This document shows, piece by piece, positions 8,595-17,819 of a stretch of 64,000 nucleotides of DNA (position 1 is its first letter; each line of letters starts with the position of its first letter). Location of the stretch: positions 32,001-96,000 of the forward strand of contig JAEOTR010000017.1 in NCBI GenBank assembly GCA_016839705.1. Reading direction: 5' to 3'. Source of the DNA: Promethearchaeota archaeon (lineage in GTDB: Archaea; Asgardarchaeota; Lokiarchaeia; Sigyniarchaeales; SOKP01). The position numbers and the translations under genes are program-made. The notes under the pieces were generated by a model. It did not search any database. It was not told the DNA's origin and saw only the letters and a program-made list of their open reading frames with translations.

Positions 8595-9875
8595 ATGACA
8601 GTAAGAGAAAATTCAATTGAAATTAAGAGTAAGAAATTAGAATTATCTGACAATGAAAGAGGAGTATTGGATACTAAAGGAGTTACAAGAGAGCAGCTCT
8701 TACTAAAAAACTTAAAAATTATAGCAAAAGATTATCTTGATGTTGAAGAAATAAAGAAATCATTATCAAGAATTATTTTGAAAAATATAAATGAGTTGGA
8801 TTTTAGTAGTTTTAAAAAATTTCCTAGATTTTATATTAAGGAAGACTCAATAAAAAAATCTCTGACCCCCTCAAATATAAGAGGTTTAAATGTTGTTAGT
8901 GTAGATGGAAGTTCAGTAACAAAAAAATTTATGAACGTAGATTTTTCTTTTTTAAAAGCTATTGCTGTAAAATATTACTTTCATCAAAACTATGTGGCGA
9001 ATATTAAACACTTTCCAGATCTAGCTGGTTTTAATAACTATATTGTCGAGGGCAACTTTCTTAATCAGGATGAAACTGCTGTCGATGTTAAGACATCAAT
9101 CGATATGAGATGTATGGAAATTAATTTACTTAATGATTTAATTGAAAGATCAAATGATATAGATTTGATTATTATTGATGGTTCAATTGTGATTACACCA
9201 ATAAACCTGCTATTCTCTAAAGATGCTGAAATATCGAAAAAATATGATATTTTGCTGAAGGAATATCACAAATTATATTTGAATTGTAAGGAGAAGAATA
9301 TAATTTTAATAGGTTCTATAAAGGATACTCGAACTTCTGCTTTATCTAACCTTTTGTGTGGTGCTATACAATTATTAATGCCGAGTTATTCAAATTTAAG
9401 CGACTTTATTAAGATTAATTATAGGCAAGTTTTTAAATATTTCTCCGACATTGATTTATTTAATAGATTATTAAAAAAAACTGAAAGAAGTTGCATTTTC
9501 TATTGTAAAAGAGAAATCGATAAGATAAGGGATACGGGAATAAAGAAAGAAATTTCCTATTATTTTCCACTAGCTTTTTATGCATTCTATCTAAAGACCA
9601 CTAAATTTGACACACCTTGTAGAATTGAATTTTTTATGGATGAGACCCATTCAATTGAAAAAGCGTCTAAAAAAGCAGATTTGATTTCTTCAATACTCTT
9701 GCCGATTTCAAGTTTAAACGAGTATTATGGATTACCAATACCTCAAATCGAAGCCCACAAACGTGCTGTATTTAAGCCAAATGAAGTTGAGCTATTATTA
9801 AATAATTTGACAAGAACCTTTAATTTGTACGGTGTTTCTTTATTGGAAAAAAGAAGAAATCGAAGACCTTTTTAG
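8595..9875 (+). CDS. nurA: NurA-domain nuclease
   Basis: VSVDGS, IIIDGS, IGSIKD, YGLPIPQIEAHKRA. Confidence 0.82.
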   Translation: MTVRENSIEIKSKKLELSDNERGVLDTKGVTREQLLLKNLKIIAKDYLDVEEIKKSLSRIILKNINELDFSSFKKFPRFYIKEDSIKKSLTPSNIRGLNVVSVDGSSVTKKFMNVDFSFLKAIAVKYYFHQNYVANIKHFPDLAGFNNYIVEGNFLNQDETAVDVKTSIDMRCMEINLLNDLIERSNDIDLIIIDGSIVITPINLLFSKDAEISKKYDILLKEYHKLYLNCKEKNIILIGSIKDTRTSALSNLLCGAIQLLMPSYSNLSDFIKINYRQVFKYFSDIDLFNRLLKKTERSCIFYCKREIDKIRDTGIKKEISYYFPLAFYAFYLKTTKFDTPCRIEFFMDETHSIEKASKKADLISSILLPISSLNEYYGLPIPQIEAHKRAVFKPNEVELLLNNLTRTFNLYGVSLLEKRRNRRPF

Positions 9876-9877
9876 CC

Positions 9878-10549
9878 TTAAATAACCTTTATCCTGTTTA
9901 ATAATATGTCCTCGAAGAATATGTGTTTTTTTTCTACTATCTCATTTTCAAATCCGAGCTCATTAATTTGTTTATTTAATTCATCTAAATTTGTCCTATT
10001 TGAACTGATGAAATAGATATAATGAGCTTTTTTAAAATTTAGAAAAATTCTGGCTTCCTTAATAAAGTCAATAATTATTTCATAACCCTTAATCCCTCCA
10101 TTCCAACTATGATCAATCTTCTTTTCATTTTTGTTCTCATTGACTAAAGATGAGGAGGGTAAGTATGGGGGATTAAAAATTATAATATTAAATGAGGATT
10201 TTAGGTATTCTGGAAAATTTTTAAACAAATCTGACTGAAGGAAGACAATTTCATTATTGAAATTGTTTAAGATTTCATTTTTTTTGGCACACATAATTGC
10301 ATCATCTAGGATATCGGAAGCGAATATTTTTGGATTAAAATTTTTGTTTTTTAACTTAAGATAATGAAGGAAAATTGCAATTATCCCGGTTCCTGTTCCT
10401 AAATCTAAAATATATTCAATCTCATTTACATTTATCCCATCAAAATAGCTATTATTAAAAGATTTTGAAAAATAATCAATTATAAGATAAGTATCATCCG
10501 ATGGAAAGTAAATATCCTCAGAATTGCATTCAATTATAGGATCAGATAT
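9878..10549 (-). CDS. hemK: HemK2/Mtq2-type protein-glutamine N5 methyltransferase; extended 85 codons 5' of track start, probable ATA start
   Basis: Extension encodes IYFPSDDTYL and ILDLGTGTG; NPPY in body; in-frame TAA two codons before ATA 10549. Confidence 0.85.
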   Translation of the reverse strand: MSDPIIECNSEDIYFPSDDTYLIIDYFSKSFNNSYFDGINVNEIEYILDLGTGTGIIAIFLHYLKLKNKNFNPKIFASDILDDAIMCAKKNEILNNFNNEIVFLQSDLFKNFPEYLKSSFNIIIFNPPYLPSSSLVNENKNEKKIDHSWNGGIKGYEIIIDFIKEARIFLNFKKAHYIYFISSNRTNLDELNKQINELGFENEIVEKKHIFFEDILLNRIKVI

Positions 10550-10574
10550 TTGTTATCACATCATTGTATTGAGT

Positions 10575-11411
10575 TTAAAGGTAAAACAATCTACTAATTT
10601 CAATAATTTCATCGTTATTAAAGGTAGATACTCTTTTATTTTCATAACCACTTCTGCTCAAAATCTGGAGAATTATATCTTTTGTATAATAATTATTCTT
10701 TATCGCTTTGTAATAAAAAAATAACGCATTGGCTATATTTTTACCTTTATAAGGCATGATTCCCGCAATAAATTTTAAAAAATAGTTCCTAGAATTTATA
10801 TCTACCAAAAAGGGGTTTAAACTTTCATGGGGAATAATTTTTATTAGAAGTAGATCGATTTTTGGAATAGGATAAAAACTGTTTCGTGGTATATTAGATT
10901 TGGAGATTGGCTTCATAAACGCATTTAGAGTCACACTTATTCTTGAGAAGTCTTTGTAATCTTCTGATAAAAAAATGCGGTTTCCTATACTTTTTTCAAT
11001 AGTTAATATTCCTGAAGGAGGATTTTCTTTGAAAAATACTTTTTCTAATATAGGACCTGTTATTGTGTAAGGTAAATTCGAGATAACCTTATCATGCTTA
11101 GGAAGGCTGACTTCTAAAATATCACCATTAATAACTTCAATATTATTATAGATAGAGAAGACTTCTGAGAGGTATCGGCTCAACTTAGGATCAATTTCAA
11201 CTGCATATATTTTTTTTACTTTTTCCACTAAGAATTCAGTTAAAGCTCCTAATCCAGGTCCTATTTCTAAAATGATTTCTTCTCTGGAAATTTCAGATGT
11301 GGTAATTACTTTTCTTACAATGTTTTTATCGGTCAGAAAGTTTTGTCCTAAATGCTTTTTAGGCTTTAAATTCAATCGTTTTAGAGTTAGTAGGACATCT
11401 TTATAATTCAT
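10575..11411 (-). CDS. rsmA: 16S rRNA adenine dimethyltransferase (RsmA/KsgA/Dim1)
   Basis: KKHLGQNFL, LEIGPGLG, VEID, SNLPY. Confidence 0.96.
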   Translation of the reverse strand: MNYKDVLLTLKRLNLKPKKHLGQNFLTDKNIVRKVITTSEISREEIILEIGPGLGALTEFLVEKVKKIYAVEIDPKLSRYLSEVFSIYNNIEVINGDILEVSLPKHDKVISNLPYTITGPILEKVFFKENPPSGILTIEKSIGNRIFLSEDYKDFSRISVTLNAFMKPISKSNIPRNSFYPIPKIDLLLIKIIPHESLNPFLVDINSRNYFLKFIAGIMPYKGKNIANALFFYYKAIKNNYYTKDIILQILSRSGYENKRVSTFNNDEIIEISRLFYL

Positions 11412-11416
11412 TTGAT

Positions 11417-12067
11417 CTATTCATATTTTTGCGTTTTACTAAAAAGATAGTATTTTACATCTCGTTGAAGTTCTTTGATGATTCTTTGAGCAATAAGTTT
11501 GGTTGGAGATGAGATACTCGTTCTATCGGAAATATCTTGAAATGTTACAAATTTTTGCCTTTCTCTTGTTTCAAGGATTTCCCACATATGCTTTTGACCA
11601 ATTCCAGGTAAGAGTTTCAGAGCATGCATTCTAGGGGTTATTGAGGTGGAATTATTAAAAAAATTGATGAATTCTTCTTCATAATTTAAAACCTCTTTTT
11701 CAAGAATAGGCTGAATCAATGCTTTAGAAGTGCTAGTAAGCTCTTTGTAATCAATCTTTTTTAAAACATCTCGTAATTTATCCTCGTTTACAAATTCTTC
11801 ATAAGTTTTATGTTCTTGAACTTGAATATCAGAGTTTTTATTTAGCTTCACTTCATAGAGTACGAAATCAGGAAAAGTAAGAACTTGTGCAATTGGTGTT
11901 TTGGCCCAGCTTGGTTTATCTTCTTCGAGATGCCCATGTATTAAAAGATCTAATATAACTACCTCTCGAAATTTCTTTATAAACTGCTTTTTCTTTCTGG
12001 GACCATTTCGATAACCTCTTCTTCGAGGTGGACCTCTGTATCGATCTCTTCTTTCCATCATTACCAA
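11417..12067 (-). CDS. DUF655 putative RNA-binding protein
   Basis: FINFFN....ITPRMHALKLLPGIGQKHMW.IL..R HhH motif; conserved position between rpo4 and rsmA. Confidence 0.88.
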   Translation of the reverse strand: MVMMERRDRYRGPPRRRGYRNGPRKKKQFIKKFREVVILDLLIHGHLEEDKPSWAKTPIAQVLTFPDFVLYEVKLNKNSDIQVQEHKTYEEFVNEDKLRDVLKKIDYKELTSTSKALIQPILEKEVLNYEEEFINFFNNSTSITPRMHALKLLPGIGQKHMWEILETRERQKFVTFQDISDRTSISSPTKLIAQRIIKELQRDVKYYLFSKTQKYE

Positions 12068-12187
12068 TATTTATGTTATTTACTTTTCCGTGAACCATCT
12101 TACAATTTAATTGTTGATATACTACTCAATGATTTAGGGTAGCACATTAGAATTTAAAACAATTTAGACTTATAAATTCTTCGTAAT

Positions 12188-12553
12188 TTAAGATGATTTA
12201 ATATCTTCTAGTTCTTCTAATATTACTTCTAATTGCTTATCTGAAAACGTCTTCCCGGCGAAAGACTTCTCGAAAATAATTCTAAGCTCTGGAACTGATT
12301 CTGGATTAATATTAATAACATTAATTGCATAAATTTCTTCAATATCATACTTCTCCATAAGAAAATCTTTCACTTTTCTCGCTGTTTTAGTATCCATTTT
12401 CGCAAATTTATTTACATAATTATATGTAATTTCTTGAAAGTGTGACATTCCTTCTTCAGTATCAATTTCTTCCATTTGTTCTTTTACATATTCCATAATT
12501 TCTTTGACTTCTGGAATTGATACTGCTCGTTCATCTTTTTTACGTCCCGACAT
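12188..12553 (-). CDS. rpo4: RNA polymerase subunit Rpo4 (RpoF)
   Basis: VSIPEVKEI...FQEITYNYVNKFAK...AINVININPESVPELRIIF; gene order rpl21e-rpo4-DUF655. Confidence 0.9.
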   Translation of the reverse strand: MSGRKKDERAVSIPEVKEIMEYVKEQMEEIDTEEGMSHFQEITYNYVNKFAKMDTKTARKVKDFLMEKYDIEEIYAINVININPESVPELRIIFEKSFAGKTFSDKQLEVILEELEDIKSS

Positions 12554-12583
12554 GATAAATCTATTGTTTTTTTTTTTAACACT

Positions 12584-12889
12584 TTATTTTACAGAAGTAG
12601 GATTTAATCTCAAATGCTCTCGACCAATTATTAGGGTTTTATTAGATTTTCCTAATTTAACATCAACTAAGTAGCAACGCCCTCTTTCCCCAATGATTGT
12701 ACCCGTCTTACCATAGTACCTTCGGTGAGGAAGTCCACGCTTATGAACTGATGGATTTCCTATGATGTCGACTTTGTCAGAAATATTGTAATCAATTAAA
12801 AATTTTTCAATTGATCCAAGCCCTCTCTTTCTAACTTTCTTTCGATAAAGTTTCCGTGTCTTATTTCTATAACCTTTATGGATTGTAAT
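12584..12889 (-). CDS. rpl21e: 50S ribosomal protein eL21 (missed by ORF track; probable ATT start)
   Basis: Manual translation HKGYRNKTRKLYRK...DKVDIIGNPSVHKRGLPHRRYYGKTGTIIGERGRCYLVDV..G...KTLIIGREHL; GGTG 7 nt upstream of ATT. Confidence 0.93.
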   Translation of the reverse strand: MTIHKGYRNKTRKLYRKKVRKRGLGSIEKFLIDYNISDKVDIIGNPSVHKRGLPHRRYYGKTGTIIGERGRCYLVDVKLGKSNKTLIIGREHLRLNPTSVK

Positions 12890-12981
12890 AATCGAACACC
12901 ATTAAATTTGTAATGAGTGGATTTATGAATAATAACTTATTTATTTTTTGATTTTAGATTGATGAAATACATCTTTTTATT

Positions 12982-14340
12982 TTAATATATGATTTCTATT
13001 ACATCTAATTCTCTACAAACTAAAGGTACTTCAAACACTTCTGAAAAAGAAGGAGAGGTACGACCACTATCTCCGTTTATTAGTTCTTTTATATAAGTTC
13101 CACCTTGTGTTTCAATAATAAATTCAAACAAATTAGAATTAACATATTTTCCTCCTATATTATGAATGATTTTCTTTCTTACTAAATCAGCACGTCGGTG
13201 GGAAACTCTAATGGGAGTTCTTTGATTAATTTTCTTGTTTTCAAATGTGAGTTTTAACTTCTTTATTTTTTCTTCAAATATTTTTTTAGTTATTCTAATT
13301 TCAGGAACAACTAATGCTCTATAGACTTTTTTGGTCTTAGATGCTTCACTTTTCATGTAAATGACTTCTCTTTTATTGCTAAATCTTAGATCTCGAATTT
13401 TTACTTTCTTTTTAGTAATTTTATTCACATTACTCTCCAGTTTAATTAAATCTAAAGTACGAACTTTTGGATTTCTCAATTCAAGAACAAAGGGTCTTCC
13501 CTCACCTAGCATTTTCACATCAATATCTTCTCTACCAGCACCGTGAAACTTGGAATCAGTAGCCTTTGATTCTGCAACGAATTCTGGACTGATTAATTCT
13601 TCCACACTTGTTAAATATTGCTTTCCTGAAAAATCGCATAATGTACATCCTTTTCCCATGCAATTTTTGCATAACCAATGGGTTTGCGGAATACCTCTTA
13701 TAAACTTATTATATCTCCCCTGTACAAAAAGAGATTTTAATTTTAATTTAATATCAGAAGAATCATAATTAAAAAAATATATTAAGGACACGTCTGGAGT
13801 ACTGAACTCTGGAGGTTTATTAAGTTTTATTGATAAAAATTTCCCAACTTCTCGATTGAAATGACTTTTAAAAGATTCTGCTTCTAAAATCTCTAATTGA
13901 GCCTTTAAATCATCTTCCCGATTTATGATTTGAGAATCTGGAGAAGAACCTACTAGGAAATTTTTAAATTCAATTCCGTCGAGGATTTGTATGGCTTTTT
14001 CTCCATATTCATTGATTTTTGAAAAAATATTTTGACATAAATAGCACAATTGATTTGATTTTAATAGAGAGAATTCTATACCCTCATTTTTTAATACTTC
14101 TTGAGCTGGAACATAATTAGCTTTTTCTGCTAATATTTTTAGATTAGATAAAGCAATATTTTGTTGTTCAGTATTATTTGATAAAAATTTTTTATGATTT
14201 TCCATAGTTAAAGAGAGCAATAAAGAATTTCCCCTTTCTTGGTTAGTTGTGTATGACCCTAATAAAGAAAACATTCTACCAAGACAATGAACACAGAGGT
14301 AGTATCGATTGTAAATTTTTAAAACTATGTCAAAAATCAT
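12982..14340 (-). CDS. pus10: tRNA pseudouridine 54/55 synthase Pus10
   Basis: LCVHCLGR, GRYNK..RGIPQT.W, FHGAGREDIDV.MLG.GRPF, QRTP.RV.HRRAD, GGTYIKELI.GD.GRT.PS. Confidence 0.95.
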   Translation of the reverse strand: MIFDIVLKIYNRYYLCVHCLGRMFSLLGSYTTNQERGNSLLLSLTMENHKKFLSNNTEQQNIALSNLKILAEKANYVPAQEVLKNEGIEFSLLKSNQLCYLCQNIFSKINEYGEKAIQILDGIEFKNFLVGSSPDSQIINREDDLKAQLEILEAESFKSHFNREVGKFLSIKLNKPPEFSTPDVSLIYFFNYDSSDIKLKLKSLFVQGRYNKFIRGIPQTHWLCKNCMGKGCTLCDFSGKQYLTSVEELISPEFVAESKATDSKFHGAGREDIDVKMLGEGRPFVLELRNPKVRTLDLIKLESNVNKITKKKVKIRDLRFSNKREVIYMKSEASKTKKVYRALVVPEIRITKKIFEEKIKKLKLTFENKKINQRTPIRVSHRRADLVRKKIIHNIGGKYVNSNLFEFIIETQGGTYIKELINGDSGRTSPSFSEVFEVPLVCRELDVIEIIY

Positions 14341-14514
14341 ATCTACTTAAATTTAGTTTTTCTTTATTTATTGATTTTATTTAGGAAAATAAACATAGTA
14401 AAAAAAAATTTAAAATTACGAGGTATTTTCCTATTTAATTTTAAATAGTAATTCACATTAACATTGAAAACCCTACATTTACCTTGAATTTAGTTAGATA
14501 AAGATATTAGGTAA

Positions 14515-14655
14515 ATAACACAAGGATTAAAAGCGTTTGTTAAGTGGTTTGACGTTGAAAAGGGATACGGGTTCATAACTTCTGAGGGAATGAAGGATAT
14601 ATTCTTCTATTTTCCTAATATTGAGATGTCAGGATAGAAAAGGCTATATAGCTAA
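14515..14655 (+). pseudogene. Degenerate cold-shock protein (CspA family) gene
   Basis: VKWFDVEKGYGFITSEGMKDIFFYFPNIEMSG*KRL: RNP1 intact, RNP2 His lost, TAG at 14635, truncated, no ATG/GTG/TTG start. Confidence 0.75.
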
Positions 14656-14686
14656 TAATTGTAAAGATAAAATCAATTTCATAAAT

Positions 14687-15688
14687 TTAATCTTCATCTT
14701 CGGACCATCCAAGTTCTTTTAGTACGGAACCTAATGTTTCTGATTCTTCTTCCAATACAAATTCTGTATCATATTCTGATGCAGAAGATTCTATATCAAA
14801 ATCAGGAGGCGCTAATTCTTCAAGAGAGGGTAAATCACTCAATGGGGGGAGTACTTCTTCTGTTGGGGTTCTATCAGGAACACTTATTTCTTCTATTGGT
14901 GATATTTTTTCAGAAACGGGCTCATCCTCAATTTCCATTGGAGCATATTCATCAAGAGGGATAGGAGGAACCTCATCATCGTATACTTCAAATTCTGGTT
15001 GAGATTCAGCTATAGGGGTTTTCTCCACTAATAATGGGGTCGTCTCGATAATTTTTGCTTCTTTAACCTCTTTTTCTATCCCCAGTCCAACGGATTTAGG
15101 GATTGAAACAATTTTAGTCGCATGAGTCGGTTCAAGTTCCTCAAATTCTTCGTCTTCCTTTTCCCAATCATCTAAAAAACCCAAAAGATCATCTAAGGCA
15201 GCTTTATCTTGTTCAACTGATGGTTTTTGTAATGTTAAAACTTCTTCCTCTTCGATTTTCTTTAATTCGGATTTTTCCAATGAAAGAACCATTTCTGTTT
15301 CTTTATCACCAGAAATTAATTTATTTAATTTTCGGGCTACTTCTCTTAAATAACCCAGATAATATCCAATTCGATAAACTGCACTTAATCCTCCAAATAC
15401 AATAAATTCATCATTAATCGCCATTAATATGCTATATCCGGAGGAGTTATGCAAAAGGATTTCCGTTAAAGCTCCGTGATCGGTTGCTTGATTTAATCTT
15501 AAACCTAAATCAATTAATGCCGTACTTGAAGCGGATGTCGCATCTGCGTCTAATTCTGAAGAGAAAGCAGTTGCTACCTTCATTCCTACCCGATCTAGAA
15601 CGATTAAATTCTCAAGATCAGTTTTATTTTCTTCCTCTTTTAAAACATACATCATTTTTTCTCTTATCTCTTCTTGAATCGACGACAT
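14687..15688 (-). CDS. Roadblock/LC7-domain protein with long acidic Pro/Glu-rich C-terminal region
   Basis: N-terminal ~125 aa roadblock pattern (IVLDRVGMKVA...SA.S..L......G.L.EILL....GY.ILM.I). Confidence 0.8.
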   Translation of the reverse strand: MSSIQEEIREKMMYVLKEEENKTDLENLIVLDRVGMKVATAFSSELDADATSASSTALIDLGLRLNQATDHGALTEILLHNSSGYSILMAINDEFIVFGGLSAVYRIGYYLGYLREVARKLNKLISGDKETEMVLSLEKSELKKIEEEEVLTLQKPSVEQDKAALDDLLGFLDDWEKEDEEFEELEPTHATKIVSIPKSVGLGIEKEVKEAKIIETTPLLVEKTPIAESQPEFEVYDDEVPPIPLDEYAPMEIEDEPVSEKISPIEEISVPDRTPTEEVLPPLSDLPSLEELAPPDFDIESSASEYDTEFVLEEESETLGSVLKELGWSEDED

Positions 15689-15781
15689 TTTGTTATCACC
15701 TAAAAGGATCGAATAAGATATTTATGTTAAGATTTAAGTATAGATAGATTGTTTCTTTTAATATATTTTTACTTTATTATA

Positions 15782-16489
15782 TTATAAGAACTCAGATAGG
15801 TTCATTTGAGTTGTAGAGGGTTGTTGCATCTTTTCAAAAGAATAATCTGATAGATCACTTATAATATTCTTAATTTTATTAACTACCTCATCTGGAGTTA
15901 ATTTTTCGGTATCGATAGTAAATACATTTGTTCTATCAGTTAAAAACTTCTTATAGAACGCGAGAATTTTTAGCAGATAATTTCTGTCATTTTCATTCCA
16001 TTCTATTCGAATTAAATCTAATGAACCTCTCCGAATTATCCTTTTTAAAATAGTTTCAGGTTTTGCTGTTAAATATATTATATAATCCTCTTTCCATTTA
16101 ATGGATTTGTAAGTGTCGAGGATAAGGTTATAATCTTTTTCTTGGAGATTTAAGCTTTTTGAATAGACCAGCACACATAATGGCGTTCTATCCAAAATTA
16201 TTATTCTTCCATTATATTTATTATCAAAATTAAGAATATTTTGATTTCTTCGAATGAGTTGTTGTAAAAAATGTAACTCACTCCTAAATCCAATTTGTTT
16301 ATCGGAGGATCCAAAAGGAAAGGGGGGTTTCTTGACGTACCTTTCAGGGAAAAACTTAAATTTGTTGTTATCCTTGACACATTTTTTTAAAGAATTGAAG
16401 ACCTTTGTTTTCCCTACACCATGAGCACCAGCAAAAGACAAGATAATGTTGTCTTTAGAACCCTTATTTCTGTAAAAAGTTTTGCTCAA
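15782..16489 (-). CDS. Deoxynucleoside/thymidylate kinase family P-loop kinase
   Basis: GAHGVGKT, IILDR, IIYL.A.PETILKRI..RG. Confidence 0.8.
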   Translation of the reverse strand: MSKTFYRNKGSKDNIILSFAGAHGVGKTKVFNSLKKCVKDNNKFKFFPERYVKKPPFPFGSSDKQIGFRSELHFLQQLIRRNQNILNFDNKYNGRIIILDRTPLCVLVYSKSLNLQEKDYNLILDTYKSIKWKEDYIIYLTAKPETILKRIIRRGSLDLIRIEWNENDRNYLLKILAFYKKFLTDRTNVFTIDTEKLTPDEVVNKIKNIISDLSDYSFEKMQQPSTTQMNLSEFL

Positions 16490-16615
16490 TCCCTTTTACT
16501 CCAATCTAATGATAATTTATCGTGTAAATATAAATATAGTATTTAGTAGATCTAGAGTTTATTGATTTTCCTAATTATTAAAATTTTATATTGAGGGAGT
16601 AATGAAAGGTTTAAA

Positions 16616-17689
16616 TTAAAAAAATATTAAAGAAACTATAAGAATATTATACAAAATATTTGTTATAAGGGTACTATAAATATTCCCATTTGTTACTTCA
16701 AAGATAATCCCAATTATTAGAAAACTAATGAAATTTAGAAAAAAATACACAGGGTTAGGATTTAATACTAACATCAAAATTGTATATGCTAAAGCTACTA
16801 TAACAATTACGTATATCCTATTTTTAAATTTCTGCTTTAATGCGTTATGTAATACGCCCCTGTATGCTATTTCTATTGAGAACGTTCCTATAACCATTAA
16901 CACTATAAGTAAGAAAACCCAGATGAAATCAGCATCTCTTATTATCTGGTTTTGCATAGCGACATCTGAAATCACACTAGATAAGTCTAATCCAATATTC
17001 GCCAAATTGTTAATTAAAGCACTAAAAAGAAAGTCGAAGAGAATTAAAAGTGCAGCGCCAATGGCACCAATAATAATACTAAATAAAATCTTTTTAGAAT
17101 CTTTAAAAAACCCTAATTTTTCAGAGCTGTGTTTCTTAGAATAAATATAATATAGAGGGTAAATACCAAATAATGCTTCAGGAATCTGGCTTATTAAAAA
17201 CATCTGGATATTTAACTCGATAGTCTCACTTCCTCCCTGAGAAACTAATAAAAAGTATATAAGAAAGAAAACAATTATGTAAATATACATACAAGTGCCA
17301 AAAACATTTAAACCTTCTCTTAGATTCCATTGGTCTTTTTTTAGAAGAAATTTTTGTTCAAGTTCCAGTTTTTTATTGGTAAATATTAAACCAGGCTTTT
17401 TTTTGATTACTTCTTTTTTTGCTTCTGAAACTCTTTCTAAAACAGTATCACAAATTGGACATTGATCTAAAATAGTTGAATTGACGAGAGACCCACATCC
17501 TGGACATTTACGAGAAATCTCAGCTTTTTGAATTGAAGTCGGTTTATAGATGATTTGTGGTTCTTTGAGTTCTTTACTCCCATTAAGTTTAATAACAAGT
17601 TTACCGCAATTCGGGCAATAGGTTTTAGTACCAACATCAGTTCCACAATAAACACAGTATTTAATTTTTTTTTCGTTGTTTTTGGACAT
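16616..17689 (-). CDS. Double zinc ribbon + CPBP-like membrane domain (catalytic residues degenerate)
   Basis: Four CxxC pairs; IEIAYRG in place of EExxFRG; NILYN in place of HxxxN. Confidence 0.72.
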   Translation of the reverse strand: MSKNNEKKIKYCVYCGTDVGTKTYCPNCGKLVIKLNGSKELKEPQIIYKPTSIQKAEISRKCPGCGSLVNSTILDQCPICDTVLERVSEAKKEVIKKKPGLIFTNKKLELEQKFLLKKDQWNLREGLNVFGTCMYIYIIVFFLIYFLLVSQGGSETIELNIQMFLISQIPEALFGIYPLYYIYSKKHSSEKLGFFKDSKKILFSIIIGAIGAALLILFDFLFSALINNLANIGLDLSSVISDVAMQNQIIRDADFIWVFLLIVLMVIGTFSIEIAYRGVLHNALKQKFKNRIYVIVIVALAYTILMLVLNPNPVYFFLNFISFLIIGIIFEVTNGNIYSTLITNILYNILIVSLIFF

Positions 17690-17819
17690 TATATACTCAT
17701 TATTTAAAAATTTATATTATCTTAAAGAGCAAGGTTTTTGAAATTTTACTTGGTTTAATATGTAAATTAGAAATTAAATAATTTGTGACTAAATAAAAAT
17801 AATTAAAATTTATGAATTT

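Noticed and set aside
14635-14637. TAG in the csp remnant as pyrrolysine or readthrough
   Set aside because: Replaces an aromatic residue, second stop five codons later, other conserved residues lost
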